64,000 nt of DNA from an uncultured Gemmatimonadales bacterium (GTDB lineage: Bacteria; Gemmatimonadota; Gemmatimonadetes; Gemmatimonadales; Gemmatimonadaceae): assembly GCA_963851265.1 (NCBI GenBank), contig CAWKNZ010000008.1, positions 96,001-160,000 of the forward strand, given 5' to 3'. A program made the translations under genes and the position numbers. A model generated the notes under the pieces. The model saw only the letters and a program-made list of their open reading frames with translations, was not told the origin of the DNA and did no database searches. Below, in pieces: positions 39,860 to 50,505 of the stretch; position 1 is the stretch's first letter; each line of letters begins with the position of its first letter.

Positions 39860-42800
39860 TTAGGCGATCTGACGTCGGGCGAGCTCGGCGAAGAGGCCGG
39901 GCTGCGCCATGAGCTCGTCGTAGCGCCCCTGCTGGACGACGCGCCCGCGTTCGACGACCACGATCCGGTCGGCGTGTACGATGGTGCTCAGGCGGTGCGC
40001 GACGACGATGCGCGTCGCCTTGAGTCGGTCGAGGCTCTCGGTGACGACCGCCTGGGTCCGGTTGTCGAGCGCGCTCGTCGCCTCGTCGAAGAACATCAGA
40101 CGCGGGCGGTGGACGACGGCGCGGGCGATCATCAGGCGCTGGCGCTGGCCGCCGCTGAGGGTGCCGCCGCCCTCGCTCACCACGGTGTGCATGCCCATCG
40201 GCATCGCCTTCACGTCGGCGTCGAAGCCGGCCATGCGGGCCGCCTCCCACGCGTCGTCGAGCGAGGCGGGGGACGAGCCGGCGATGTTGGTGAAGATGTC
40301 GCCCGACATGAGCTGGCCGTTCTGGAGCACGACACCGATCTGGCGCCGCACCTCCTGCACGTCGAGCTGTTCCAGCTCCTGGCCGTCGTAGAGTACCGTG
40401 CCGGTCTCCGCGCGCTCGAAGCCGAGTAGAAGTCGCAGGATGGTACTTTTCCCCGACCCCGACGGGCCGACGAAGGCGACGAACTCGCCGGGCTCGATGC
40501 GCAGCGACACGTCGCGCAGCACCGGCGCGCCCTCCGGGTTGTAGCGGAAGTACAGGTTGCGCAGCTCGATCGCGCCGGCGAGCGGCCCGGGGTCGCTCTT
40601 GGCCTCGTCCACCTCCGGCGCGGTGGCGAGGATGGGGCGCGCCTGCTCGTACAGCGGGACCGTGGCGAGCGTTTGGAGCAGTGCGGTGCACATGCTCAGC
40701 AGCGCGCCCTGGCAGGCGGCGTACGCCGACAGGAAGGCGAGGAAGTCGCCGGTGGTGAGGCGCGGGCTCGAGGCGTCGCCGGCCTCGTTGGCACTGCCGA
40801 GCAGGCCTAACGCCGCCCAGAAGATCACCATGTTGGCGACCACCGGGAACGCGGACTGGATCGCCGACACGCCGCCCCCGACGCGCTCGGCGCGGAACTG
40901 CAGGCGGCGCTGCTCGCCGAAGCGGGTCGCCCAGCGCGTGAAGGCGCGCGCCTCAGCGCCCGCCACGCGCAGCTTGGTCACGCCCGTCAGCAGCTGCAGC
41001 ACGAGCCCCGACACGCGCGCCTGGACTTCGGCCACGCGGCGGTTCTGGCGCAGCTGCAGCCAGCTGCCGACGCTCGCGATGCCGACCGCGACGGCGATCA
41101 GCAGCGTGGCCCACCACGCCATGCGCGGGCTGTACGAGAACATCAGCGCGAAGTTGACGAGCGAGAACAGCCCGCCGAGGAGCGCCGTGACGGTCACGCC
41201 CGAGACCACCTGGCGGATGCCGTCGATGCCCATCGCGCGCACGGCGAGGTCGCCGGCCGAGTAGGGGCGGAAGAAGGGCATCGGGAGCGCGAGCAGCCGG
41301 TCCCACACCGCCGCCTGGACGGCGGCGCCCATCCGCCCCTCGACGCGCAGCAGGGCGACCGCGCGGGTGACGTTGAAGAGCGCGGTGGCGAGCGCGCAGA
41401 CGAGCAGCACGACGGCCAGTTGGACGAGCTGCGGGCGCTGGGCGCCCGGGATCACGGTGCTGAACAGCGCCCCCGTGGCCATCGGTGGGACCAGGCCGAG
41501 CAGGGCGCCCGCCGCGCCCACCGCGGTCACGAGCGCAAGGTCGCGCCCGCAGCCGCGCAGCCCGAAGCGCGCCACGTCGGTGATCGAGAGGGCCCGCGCC
41601 GGAAACGGTCGGTAGAACGTGTGCGCGAACGGCTCGAGCAGCGCGCCCTCGGCTAGACCGACCGGGTAACCGCGCCCGGTGAACGGGTCGTGCAGGGTGT
41701 AGCCCCGACCCCGTGCGGCCGGGATGAGCGCCACCGGGCGCGGGGTGGGCGCGTCGAGCAGCGGGTGGCGCGCGGGCGCGCTGCCGCCGGCGTCGCCGGC
41801 GCCCTCGGGCGCGGCCGCGGGGGCCGCAACGCGGGCGAGCAGCGGCCCGTGGTCGTGCGCCCACCACGCGTCGCGCAGCACCACCTGCCGGGTGCGCAGG
41901 CGCGAGGCGCGGGCGATCGCGGCGAGCGGGTCGCGGGGCGGCGCGATGCCATCGCCGCGCACGTACGGCCGCACGGTGACGCCGGCTGCCTCGCCCACGC
42001 GCTGGCACACCGCGAGCAGCGCGTCCTCGTAGCCCGCGACAGCGTGTTCGCCGGCGGCCGCGCGCAACGTGACCGCGAGCGTGGTCGCGTCGGCGCTGCC
42101 CACGCGGGGGTCGAGCGTGTCGGCGAGGCGGGCGCAGGCGCCCTGGAGCGCGCGCCGGTCGGCCGCTGCGCGGCGCGCGAGCCGCTCGTGGGCCGCGGCC
42201 GCGCCGCGCCCGACCGCCACCGCCGTGCCGCGCAGCACGAGCGCGTGCAGCCGCGCCACGCCCGCCCAGAGGGCGTCGGGGTCGTTGATCGCGAGCCCCT
42301 CGACGAGGAGGACCTCGCCGGGCTCGCGCGCCTCGAGCCACGCGCGGTGCGACACCGGCGTAAAGCCGACGCCGTTGACGGCCAGCTCGTCGACGCCTAA
42401 CAGGTGCGAGTGCCCCGCGAGGTGCCGCACCCAGGCCACCCCCGCGGTCGGCCGCGCGCTGGTGCCCGCGTCGAAGCGCGCCGGCGCGCCGTCCGGGGTG
42501 CAGCCGATCGCGCGGCAGTCGCGCGGCGCCGCGTGCCGCCCGTGGGCGCCGCCGCTCGCGCGGGCGAGCGCCTCGCCCAGGCCGGCGTAGAGCGCCTCGG
42601 CCCACCCCTCGACCGCGGCGACCACGTCGCGCGCGCCGTCGACGGTCTCGCCGTGTGCGCGTAGGGCGCCGAGCGGCACGCGCCGGAGCAGCGTACCCGA
42701 CGCGCCGACGGCCAGCAGGCCGCGCTCGGCGAGGTCGCGCTCGGCGAGGTCGCGCTCGGCGAGGTCGCGCTCGGCGGCGGCGGATGTGTTCGGCGCGTCG

Positions 42801-43075
42801 GCGTGCGGGTGCGCGTGCGGATGCGCGTGCGCGTCGTCCACGGCGAAGAGCACGGCGCCGGGTCCGGCGCGGAGGAGGTGCGCGCGGGCGCCGACGGGCT
42901 CGTGCGCCCGCAGCTCGACGGCGAACACGTCGACGGTGCCCTCGACCACCTGCCAGGCCTGGCCACCGGCGAGGAGGAACGGGGTGCCCGCGCCGACCGG
43001 CTGCGGCTCCCCGAGCCGGGCGAAGACGTCGAGCGCCGGCGCCAGCGTGTCGGGGATCGTCTCCATCGTGTCCAT
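39860..43075 (-). CDS. NHLP bacteriocin export ABC transporter, permease/ATPase subunit
   Basis: QAAVWDRLLALP..FF, GPSGSGKST, LSGGQRQR, FFDEATSALDN; long N-terminal domain without a peptidase Cys. Confidence 0.92.
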   Translation of the reverse strand: MDTMETIPDTLAPALDVFARLGEPQPVGAGTPFLLAGGQAWQVVEGTVDVFAVELRAHEPVGARAHLLRAGPGAVLFAVDDAHAHPHAHPHADAPNTSAAAERDLAERDLAERDLAERGLLAVGASGTLLRRVPLGALRAHGETVDGARDVVAAVEGWAEALYAGLGEALARASGGAHGRHAAPRDCRAIGCTPDGAPARFDAGTSARPTAGVAWVRHLAGHSHLLGVDELAVNGVGFTPVSHRAWLEAREPGEVLLVEGLAINDPDALWAGVARLHALVLRGTAVAVGRGAAAAHERLARRAAADRRALQGACARLADTLDPRVGSADATTLAVTLRAAAGEHAVAGYEDALLAVCQRVGEAAGVTVRPYVRGDGIAPPRDPLAAIARASRLRTRQVVLRDAWWAHDHGPLLARVAAPAAAPEGAGDAGGSAPARHPLLDAPTPRPVALIPAARGRGYTLHDPFTGRGYPVGLAEGALLEPFAHTFYRPFPARALSITDVARFGLRGCGRDLALVTAVGAAGALLGLVPPMATGALFSTVIPGAQRPQLVQLAVVLLVCALATALFNVTRAVALLRVEGRMGAAVQAAVWDRLLALPMPFFRPYSAGDLAVRAMGIDGIRQVVSGVTVTALLGGLFSLVNFALMFSYSPRMAWWATLLIAVAVGIASVGSWLQLRQNRRVAEVQARVSGLVLQLLTGVTKLRVAGAEARAFTRWATRFGEQRRLQFRAERVGGGVSAIQSAFPVVANMVIFWAALGLLGSANEAGDASSPRLTTGDFLAFLSAYAACQGALLSMCTALLQTLATVPLYEQARPILATAPEVDEAKSDPGPLAGAIELRNLYFRYNPEGAPVLRDVSLRIEPGEFVAFVGPSGSGKSTILRLLLGFERAETGTVLYDGQELEQLDVQEVRRQIGVVLQNGQLMSGDIFTNIAGSSPASLDDAWEAARMAGFDADVKAMPMGMHTVVSEGGGTLSGGQRQRLMIARAVVHRPRLMFFDEATSALDNRTQAVVTESLDRLKATRIVVAHRLSTIVHADRIVVVERGRVVQQGRYDELMAQPGLFAELARRQIA
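42721..42775 (-). repeat. 15-bp in-frame tandem repeat (AERDL) in the ABC transporter gene
   Basis: About 3.6 copies of cgcgctcggcgaggt. Confidence 0.8.
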
Positions 43076-43077
43076 GG

Positions 43078-45408
43078 TCACTCCGCGGCGATGAGGGTGC
43101 GGTACGGCCCGGGTACGGCGGCCATGGCCTCGTGCGTGCCGCGCTGGATGACGCGCCCGTGTTCGAGCACGAGGATCTCGTCGCAGTCGCGGATGGTGCT
43201 CAGCCGGTGCGCGACGATGAGGCACGTGCAGCCGCGGCGGCGCAGATGGTCGTCGATGCGCTGCTCGGTCGCGGGGTCGAGCGCGCTGGTCGCCTCGTCG
43301 AGCACGAGCATCGTGGGGTTACCGGCGAGGGCGCGCGCGATCTCGAGGCGCTGGCGCTGGCCACCGCTGAAGTTGCGGCCCCCCTCTTCGAGCACGGCCG
43401 CGTATCCGCCCGGGCGCGCCGCGACGTCGTCGTGGATGCACGCATCGCGCGCCGCCTGCACCAGCTCGGTCTCCGACACCGTATCGTCCCAGAGGGCGAT
43501 GTTCTCGGCGACGGTGCCTTCGAAGATGCTCACGTCCTGGTCGACCACCGCGACCGACGCGGTGATCGTGGCACGCGGGTAGTCGCCGCGCGGCCGGCCG
43601 TCGAACAGCACTTCGCCGCCCCACGGCGCGTAGAGTCCCGAAACGACCTTGGCGATCGTGCTCTTGCCACACCCCGAACCGCCGACGAGGGCGACGCGGC
43701 TACCCGGGCGCAGCACGAGGTTGAGGTCCTGCACGAGCGGCGGGTCGAGCGGGCTGTAGCCGAAGCTCACGTTCCGGAGCTCGAGGTGCCCGGAGAGTTT
43801 GGCCGGCGCGGCGTGGACGCCGTCGCGGGCGGGCTCGCCCGGCCGGTCGTCCCCGAGCTGCGGGTCGCGTCGCGCGCGCAGGACGTCGTCGAGCCGCGCG
43901 AGGTCGCCTTTCACGTCCTGCGCCGAGCCGGCGAGCTGGACGAGCCCGTTGACCGGCGCCATGAAGGCGAACATCAGCGCCTGGAACGCGATGAGCGAAC
44001 CCATGCTCAGCCGCCCGTCCATCACGCGCACGCCGCCCACGCCGAGCACGAGCGCGCTCGTGGCCGCCACGAGCAGCGGGGGCACGGCCGAGAGCAGCGC
44101 GCCGCCGAATTGCTGCTGTTGGTATCCGTTCGACACTTTGGCGTGGTAGCCCGCCCAGCGCGCGAAGAAGTCCGACTCCGAGCCCGTCGCCTTGAGCGTC
44201 TCGATCACCTGGAGCCCGTTCATCGCCGCGCCCATCATCTTGCCGCGGTCCTGCAGCAGCCGCCGGCTCGAGTCCTCGCGGCGGCGCGCGACGAGGCGCG
44301 TAACCGTCACGTTGGCCGCGGCGGCCGCGACGCCGATGAGCGTGAGCACCACGTCGTACTGGAGGAGCAGCGCGGCGTAGAACACGACTACAACCGCGTT
44401 GAGGGCGGCCGTCGCGAGGTCGCCGGCGACGAGGCGCGCCACGCGGTCGTTGACGGCCACGCGCGCGCCCACGTCTCCGGCGAAGCGCTGGGCGAAGAAC
44501 TGCGCGGGCAGCCGCAGGACGTGCCAGAGGAACTTCCCCGACGTCTCGACGGCGAGCTTGGTCTGCAGCCGCAGCAGGTAATGCTGCTGCAGCCAGACGA
44601 GCGCACCCTGGACGAGGGCGCCGACGCCCATGAACCAGAGCAGCGGCCGGACCCACTCCGTGAGGCCGCCGACGAGCACGTTGTCGACGAACACCTTCTG
44701 GAAGGCCGGCGCCACCACGCCCGGCACGACCAGCGCGAGCCCGGCGAGCAGCACGTACGCGATGGCGACCTGCGAGCCGGGGAGCCGTTGACGCACCGAG
44801 CGCACGAGGCTCGGCGCCTGGCCGCCCGCGGCGAACTCGGGCCCGCGCTCGAAGGTGAGCGCCACGCCGGTGAACGCCTGATCGAACTCGGCCTCGCTCA
44901 GCGCGGTGGGGCCGCTGCCCGGGTCGTTGATGTACGCCTTCCCCTTGCGGAACCCTTCGAAGACCACGAAGTGGTTGAAGTTCCAGTGCAGGATCATCGG
45001 CCCGGGCATCGCGCGCAGATCGGCCGGCTCGCGCTTGAAGCCCTTGGCGACGAGCCCGTACTGGCGCGCGGCCTTGAGCACGTTGCTCGCCTTGGAGCCG
45101 TCGCGCGAGACGCCGCACGACACGCGCAGCTCCTCCAGCGGCACGCGGCGCCCGAAGTGGGCGAGCACCATCGCGAGCGAGGCGGCGCCGCACTCCACGG
45201 CCTCCATCTGGAGGATGGTGGGCGTGCGCACGCGCGGCGCGGGGCGCGCGGGCGCCGCGGGCGCCCCCGACGCGGCGTTAGGCGTCGGGGCCGGCGCGGG
45301 GGGGCGCGCCGCCGGCCGCGCGGCCGCACGCACGCGGTCCCACGCGCGGCGGACCCGCGCGGGGCGGGCGCCCGCGTCCGGGGGCGGGCTCGCGACGCCG
45401 GCGCTCAC
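43078..45408 (-). CDS. NHLP bacteriocin export ABC transporter, C39 peptidase/permease/ATPase subunit
   Basis: TPTILQMEAVECGAA (Cys), HWNFNHFVV (His), INDP (Asp), GGSGCGKST, FSGGQRQR. Confidence 0.95.
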   Translation of the reverse strand: MSAGVASPPPDAGARPARVRRAWDRVRAAARPAARPPAPAPTPNAASGAPAAPARPAPRVRTPTILQMEAVECGAASLAMVLAHFGRRVPLEELRVSCGVSRDGSKASNVLKAARQYGLVAKGFKREPADLRAMPGPMILHWNFNHFVVFEGFRKGKAYINDPGSGPTALSEAEFDQAFTGVALTFERGPEFAAGGQAPSLVRSVRQRLPGSQVAIAYVLLAGLALVVPGVVAPAFQKVFVDNVLVGGLTEWVRPLLWFMGVGALVQGALVWLQQHYLLRLQTKLAVETSGKFLWHVLRLPAQFFAQRFAGDVGARVAVNDRVARLVAGDLATAALNAVVVVFYAALLLQYDVVLTLIGVAAAAANVTVTRLVARRREDSSRRLLQDRGKMMGAAMNGLQVIETLKATGSESDFFARWAGYHAKVSNGYQQQQFGGALLSAVPPLLVAATSALVLGVGGVRVMDGRLSMGSLIAFQALMFAFMAPVNGLVQLAGSAQDVKGDLARLDDVLRARRDPQLGDDRPGEPARDGVHAAPAKLSGHLELRNVSFGYSPLDPPLVQDLNLVLRPGSRVALVGGSGCGKSTIAKVVSGLYAPWGGEVLFDGRPRGDYPRATITASVAVVDQDVSIFEGTVAENIALWDDTVSETELVQAARDACIHDDVAARPGGYAAVLEEGGRNFSGGQRQRLEIARALAGNPTMLVLDEATSALDPATEQRIDDHLRRRGCTCLIVAHRLSTIRDCDEILVLEHGRVIQRGTHEAMAAVPGPYRTLIAAE

Positions 45409-46667
45409 AGCCCGACCGCCTGCTTGATCATCGGGACCACCATCTCGATGGGCCGGCGCGTGGCCACGGCGACGTTGGCCGAAGCGAGCGTCCCGCTCGC
45501 GACCTTGACCGGCGGACCGCCCGAGGACGTCCAGCGGTACTGGCTCACCGTGCGCGGGTCGACCACGAGGTCGGCGCGCACCTCGTAAGGCGCGTCCTGG
45601 CCGGAGAGCGACTGCACGAGGCGGTCGTTCTTCAGCACGCGCATCATGCCGCGCGCCGTGGCCGGGAACTCCGAGACGTAGGTGACCCGCGCGAGCATGA
45701 AGCCGTACTCCTCCTGCTTCACGGTCGTCGGCGCGATCTGGATGGTCATGCCGGGCTTGATGCGCTTGCCGTGCATCGAAGGCACGTAGACCACGGCCTC
45801 CAGTCCCTTGACCGCGCGCCCTTCGAGGTCGACGGTCAGCACCGGCTCGCCGGCGCCGACCATCGCGCCGCGGTCGGCGAGCACCTCGAGCACACGCCCG
45901 CTCGCGGGCGCGACGACGCGCGACGCCTCGCCGAGCTGGCGTTCGAGTTCCGCGACGTGCGCCGCCTGCTCGTCGACGTGCGCCTGGCTCGCGCGCGCGT
46001 CGCCGGCCGCGCCGAAGCGCGTGTCGGCCCCGCGGGCGTCGATCGAGGCGAGCTGGCTCTTCGCGTCGGCGATCTTTTCGCGGGTCGCGTCGAACGACTG
46101 GCGCGTCCCGAGGAGGCTGGAGCGCGTGAGCAGCCCCTTCGCGACCAGCTGCTGCTCGGCCTCGAGCTTCTCGCCTAACGACGCGAGCGCGTGTTCGTCG
46201 GCCTCGATCCCCTGGGTGAGGGCCAGGCGCTGGCGGTCCTGGAACTCGCCCTGCAGCCGGACGTTCTCGACGCCGCGGCGCAGCTGCTGCGCGTGCTGGT
46301 CACGCAGGGTGGCGAGCGTGGCCTTGGCCTGGTGCAGCTGGTTGGCGAGGTCGGGCTGCTCGATCCGCGCGACGACCTGCCCCTCGTGCACCTCGTCTCC
46401 GACGGCCACGGCGACGTCGGCCACGCGCCCCGGCGTCGCGGGCACCACCTGCGCCACGCCGCCGCTCTTGACGAGCATGCCGAGCCCGGCGACGGTCTCG
46501 GGGATGCTACCGAGGCAGCCCCACGCGATCCCGGTGACGAGCAGCGCGCCTAACGCGGCGAGGGCCACCCACCCGCGGCCGTCCGTGACGGTCATGAGCT
46601 GGTCGAGCTGCTCGGGCGACGCGAGGCGGTCGAGCGAGACTTTGCGGAACACGGACGACTGGCTCAC
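45405..46667 (-). CDS. NHLP bacteriocin system secretion protein (HlyD-like membrane fusion protein)
   Basis: FRKVSLDRLASPEQLDQL, KQEEYGFM, YRWTSSGGP, RRPIEMVVP. Confidence 0.93.
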   Translation of the reverse strand: MSQSSVFRKVSLDRLASPEQLDQLMTVTDGRGWVALAALGALLVTGIAWGCLGSIPETVAGLGMLVKSGGVAQVVPATPGRVADVAVAVGDEVHEGQVVARIEQPDLANQLHQAKATLATLRDQHAQQLRRGVENVRLQGEFQDRQRLALTQGIEADEHALASLGEKLEAEQQLVAKGLLTRSSLLGTRQSFDATREKIADAKSQLASIDARGADTRFGAAGDARASQAHVDEQAAHVAELERQLGEASRVVAPASGRVLEVLADRGAMVGAGEPVLTVDLEGRAVKGLEAVVYVPSMHGKRIKPGMTIQIAPTTVKQEEYGFMLARVTYVSEFPATARGMMRVLKNDRLVQSLSGQDAPYEVRADLVVDPRTVSQYRWTSSGGPPVKVASGTLASANVAVATRRPIEMVVPMIKQAVGL

Positions 46668-48559
46668 GGGGCTCTCCGGGGGGCGGCGCGGGTGGACGGG
46701 GCAACCGCGGGTGGCGCTGGCGGCGGCGCTGCTGCTGGCGCTGCGGGCGGCGCAGCCGGTGCGGCATCGGGGTACGGGTCGCGGGCGAGTACGGCGGCGA
46801 GGCTGACCGCGGCCGTCGCGGCGGCGCTCTCGGGCCCGCCCTGTGCGCCGGGGTCGACGGCCATGCTCGCTGCGCCGAGGTCGCCGGCGACGTAGCGCAG
46901 CGTGCCGACCGCGCCCGCGTAGGTGCGGCGTGCGCCGATCTCGGCGAGTTGCGCGTTCACCAGCCCGTCCTCGGCGTAGATGACGTCGATCTGCGTGCTG
47001 ACGCCGAGGCGGAACTTCTGCTTCTCGTTCTCGACGACCTCGCGCGCGAGGCGGACGGCGTCGCCGGCCTCGGCGAGGGCGCGGCGGCCGCGCTCGACGC
47101 CCGCGGCGGCCACGCCCATCGCGCTCTCGACCTGGCGCGCGAGGTCGCGTTCGCCGATGCGCGCCTGCTCGAGCGCGGCCTCGGCCTCCTCGGCGCGCCC
47201 GCGCGCGGCGAGGCGACGCGCGGGCAGCTCGTACTGCAGCTGCACGACGGTGTTGGTGCCGGGCAGCGTGCGGCCGAGCGGCGAGACGAAGCCGTTGAGC
47301 CCGAAGCCCTGCGTGAGGCCCGCGTAGCTGGCGCCCACGGTGAGGTCGACGCGCGGGCGCAGGTCGTGGTTGGCCGCGGCGAGGGCCTGGGACGCGGCCT
47401 CGCGCCGCGCGGCGGCGGCGAGGATGTCGGGGCGGCGGCCGAGCGCCGCCGCCGACACGGTGCGGGCCCAGGCCGCCGCGCGGCGCTCGTCGGCGGCGGC
47501 GGCGCGGTCACCCGGCGCGTCCGGCGCCACGTCGGACTTCGCGTTAGGCACGACGTTAGGCGAGGCGTTGGGCGCCGCGTCGAGCCGTGCGGGCGGGAGC
47601 GACGCGATCTGCTCGGCGGGCAGCCCGAGTACGACGCCGAGGCGCTGCCGGGATTCGGCGACGGCCTGCTCGGCGGTGATGCGCTGCGCGCGCTTCCCGG
47701 CGAGGCTGCCGCGGAACTGCCGCAGGTCGGCCGCCGGGCGCGCGTCGGCGCGCACCAGCTCGGCCGTCTCGTCGACGAGCACGCGGGCGCGCTGCTCGGA
47801 CGAGCGATAGGCGGCGAGGCGCTCGCCCGCGGCGGCGTAGTCCCAGTAGGCCACGGCCGCGTCGTAGCTCGCCTGGACCGCGGCCTGGCGCAGGTCGGCG
47901 CGCGCGGCGTCGAAGCCGGCGACCGCGGAGCGGCGCGCGGCAGCGAGCGCCGCGCCCATGCGGTTGCGGGCGAGCGGCACCGTGAGGTTGAGGCCGGCGG
48001 TGGCGCGGTTGGCCGGCGCGCTCGGCAGGCCGGCGACGGTCGCCTGCTGCACGTCGAGGGTGGGCGCGATCGAGAGGCCGTTGCTGAACTGCCGCCCGAC
48101 GCTCACCTGGTAGTCGAGCACGCGCTGGCGCGTGTTGATCACGGGGTTGGCGGCGAGCGCATCCGCCGGGGCGATCGCGCCGAACTCCAAGTCGCTCTGG
48201 GTGGTGTTCGCGACCGTGGTGCGGACGACGGGGTCGAGCGGCGACTCGGCGACGGCGACCGCGCCGCGGCCGGCGCGTACCTGCTGGCGCGCGGCGCGCA
48301 GCGCGGGGCTGAGGTCGAGCGCGGCGCGCAGGGCGTCGGCGAGGGAAAAGAGGGGGGCGGGCGCGGCGGCCGCGGTGTCGGCCGAGGGGGCCGGGCGCAC
48401 GGCGGGCGCGCCGGCAGGCGGGGCGCCCACGGCGGCGCGGGGCGCCGCGGCGTGCGGCTGCGCGCCGGCCGCGACGGCGACGGCCGTGCTGGCGAGCAGC
48501 GCGCCGGTACCGAACACGCCGGCGCGGGCGAGGGCGAGCAGTCGGGGGGACGGGGGCAC
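46664..48559 (-). CDS. TolC family outer membrane efflux protein
   Basis: LSL.DAL..AL, AYWD, ENEKQKFRLGVSTQIDV..AE. AGGAG RBS before GTG 48559. Confidence 0.85.
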   Translation of the reverse strand: MPPSPRLLALARAGVFGTGALLASTAVAVAAGAQPHAAAPRAAVGAPPAGAPAVRPAPSADTAAAAPAPLFSLADALRAALDLSPALRAARQQVRAGRGAVAVAESPLDPVVRTTVANTTQSDLEFGAIAPADALAANPVINTRQRVLDYQVSVGRQFSNGLSIAPTLDVQQATVAGLPSAPANRATAGLNLTVPLARNRMGAALAAARRSAVAGFDAARADLRQAAVQASYDAAVAYWDYAAAGERLAAYRSSEQRARVLVDETAELVRADARPAADLRQFRGSLAGKRAQRITAEQAVAESRQRLGVVLGLPAEQIASLPPARLDAAPNASPNVVPNAKSDVAPDAPGDRAAAADERRAAAWARTVSAAALGRRPDILAAAARREAASQALAAANHDLRPRVDLTVGASYAGLTQGFGLNGFVSPLGRTLPGTNTVVQLQYELPARRLAARGRAEEAEAALEQARIGERDLARQVESAMGVAAAGVERGRRALAEAGDAVRLAREVVENEKQKFRLGVSTQIDVIYAEDGLVNAQLAEIGARRTYAGAVGTLRYVAGDLGAASMAVDPGAQGGPESAAATAAVSLAAVLARDPYPDAAPAAPPAAPAAAPPPAPPAVAPSTRAAPRRAP

Positions 48560-48593
48560 GGCGGGCTCCTGCGGCGCGGGCGGTGAGGACGCG

Positions 48594-48794
48594 TTAGGCC
48601 TGGTGGTGGTGGCCGGCGCGGAGCGCCTCGGTCCAGGTGCGGGCGAGGCCGCCGACGACGGCTTCGAGGTCGTCTTCCGAGAGCTCGTCGTCGGCGGATG
48701 CCGCGCGCGGGGTTGCCGGCGCGTGGGCGATCGGGGTGAAGGCGATCGGAGGGAGGGCGGCGGCGGGGCGCGCGGGGGTGGGCAGCAAAGACAT
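48594..48794 (-). CDS. Short double-glycine precursor-like peptide (core LARTWTEALRAGHHHQA)
   Basis: ELSEDDLEAVVGG motif; first gene behind a sigma54 promoter. Confidence 0.65.
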   Translation of the reverse strand: MSLLPTPARPAAALPPIAFTPIAHAPATPRAASADDELSEDDLEAVVGGLARTWTEALRAGHHHQA

Positions 48795-48874
48795 GGGTCG
48801 GGGCCGGGAAGGGCGTGACACCGGGTCCGGTCGCGTGGGGCGCCGGGTGGGGGCGGTCTGACGCGCTGTCGAAG

Positions 48875-49001
48875 GGCAACCGCCGTTCCGACCTTGTCAC
48901 GAACGTAAGCGACGGCGTCGCAACGACTTGCGTTCGAAGCCGGGGCCGCGTTCCGGTCCGAATGCGCCACCCGCCACTATCTCGTAGAGCGCGGGGTCTA
49001 C
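48875..49001 (-). promoter_or_regulatory. sigma54 promoter + IHF-like site + UAS of the export operon
   Basis: cGGAACGGCGGTTGCc (48890-48875); CAACGACTTG near 48920; GTAGAGCgcggGGTCTAC at 48984-49001. Confidence 0.75.
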
Positions 49002-49095
49002 GGGCGGCGGCGGACGTCGTGAGCGCCCGAGCAGCCGCGCGGTTGCCTAACGATCCGGACCCGTCTGAGGCGGCGTCGGGCGGCGCGAACGCACC

Positions 49096-49126
49096 GCGGG
49101 CCCCCGCCGTGGTGGCGGGGGCCCGC
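49096..49126 (-). terminator. Perfect 13-bp GC hairpin downstream of the precursor at 49156
   Basis: gcgggcccccgcc-gtggt-ggcgggggcccgc; no U-tract. Confidence 0.5.
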
Positions 49127-49155
49127 GCGCATCCACCCGCACAGGCGTCGAGCCG

Positions 49156-49350
49156 TCAGGCGGTCGTGTCGCCGAGGACCGTGCCGATCGTGGGCAGCAC
49201 GGGATCAAGGATGATGATCGGAGCGATGATCGGGCCGCCGATCGGGCCGAAGTGGCCGACGGACGCGCCGCCGGCGACCGACTCAAGGGCCTCGTCGCTC
49301 AGGGTTTGCTCGTCCGACGGCTTGACGTTCTGCTCGCTGTTGCTGGACAT
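49156..49350 (-). CDS. Short double-glycine precursor (core ASVGHFGPIGGPIIAPIIILDPVLPTIGTVLGDTTA)
   Basis: TLSDEALESVAGG; GAGAGG RBS. Confidence 0.8.
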   Translation of the reverse strand: MSSNSEQNVKPSDEQTLSDEALESVAGGASVGHFGPIGGPIIAPIIILDPVLPTIGTVLGDTTA

Positions 49351-49402
49351 CAGAATACCTCTCACGGTTGGGATTCGGCCCGGGGTGGGCGACCGCCCGA
49401 GG

Positions 49403-49531
49403 GGCAAGCGCGGGACCGGCCGGCGGGGTCGGCGCAAGTCGCACACGTGCAACACGTTAGGCTCGCGCGCGCGGCCGCGCCGCAGGCCCGGCCTGGCGCC
49501 CTGCCGCGACCGGCTAGAGCTGTGGCTCCAC
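49403..49531 (-). promoter_or_regulatory. sigma54 promoter + IHF-like site + UAS
   Basis: cGGTCCCGCGCTTGCc (49418-49403); CAACACGTTA near 49450; CTAGAGCtgtgGCTCCAC at 49514-49531. Confidence 0.75.
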
Positions 49532-50140
49532 AGGCGGCGGCCCTCTACCGGGGGGCGCCTCGTGCGGCACGTCGCCGGTATCGAGGAGGAGCTCGACGCG
49601 CGAACGGTTCGCAGCAGCGCCGGTGCGCCGAACGGCGCGGTACGCGCGGTCGAAGCCGCGCGCGACCGCCGCACCCGGTTCGGGGACGACCTGCCCGAAA
49701 GATTCCGTTAGACGCTCGCGGCTACCCGCGATCCCGCCGTCGACCGACCCGCGCTCAGTCGCGTCGGCATACGCGCTCGGGAACAGACTTGTGCTGAGCA
49801 GCGTCGCGTCGTAGATCGCGCGGCGCGCTCACGCCCGCTGCGCCGTCGGGGTGAGCGCCGCCTCGAGGTCGAGGAGCAGCGGGTGCTCGCCGGACGGGAC
49901 GACGCTCTCGGATTGCGCTCTCCATCGCCGCCGTCGAGCGTCGACCGTCGAACATCCGAGAGACCGCGCGGAACGCCGAGAGCCTCCGGGCGGCAGCCGG
50001 GGTGGGAACGCTGCCCACTGGCGCGACACGCCGGCGGCCGACCACGGTCGGCCGCCGGTCGTCCAGCACCCGCGATGCCTAACACACGCGAGGGCGTCCG
50101 GCTGCTATCCGCCGGACGCCGCCCAACGTGCCACGCATCA

Positions 50141-50335
50141 CTACAGTTGTGGAAGCGTCGGGACGATCCACGGCGGCAGGCCTCCCGGGCCGCTGGTACC
50201 CATTTCGCAGCCGCCGGCGACGTTTTCCAGGGCCTCGTCGCTCAACTCCTCAACGGGCGGTTCGGTCGTGTCAATCTGGGACGCGCGCTGCGTGTTGTCC
50301 TGGGCGACCTTCTGCTGCTTGGTGTCGTCCTGCAT
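50141..50335 (-). CDS. Short double-glycine precursor (core CEMGTSGPGGLPPWIVPTLPQL)
   Basis: ELSDEALENVAGG; GGAGA RBS. Confidence 0.82.
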   Translation of the reverse strand: MQDDTKQQKVAQDNTQRASQIDTTEPPVEELSDEALENVAGGCEMGTSGPGGLPPWIVPTLPQL

Positions 50336-50391
50336 GTGAGCAATCTCCGTGAGGGGTGGTCGGTGCGTGTCACCGCGGCGGTACCGACGAG

Positions 50392-50487
50392 GGCAAGTAC
50401 ACGGCCGCCCACCCCTGGCCCGTAACTCGTTGAGCCGCTTGTGATTGCGGCTCGGATGTCACGGCACAGATAGACCTGGGGCTCTAC
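50392..50487 (-). promoter_or_regulatory. sigma54 promoter + IHF-like site + UAS
   Basis: cGGCCGTGTACTTGCc (50407-50392); TCAACGAGTTA near 50423-50433; ATAGACCtgggGCTCTAC at 50470-50487. Confidence 0.75.
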
Positions 50488-50505
50488 GCGGTAGTACCGG
50501 GTCGC

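Noticed and set aside
49700..50090. Short ORFs between the precursors at 49156 and 50141
   Set aside because: No GG leader, RBS or recognisable motif; may be a gene remnant but cannot be supported.
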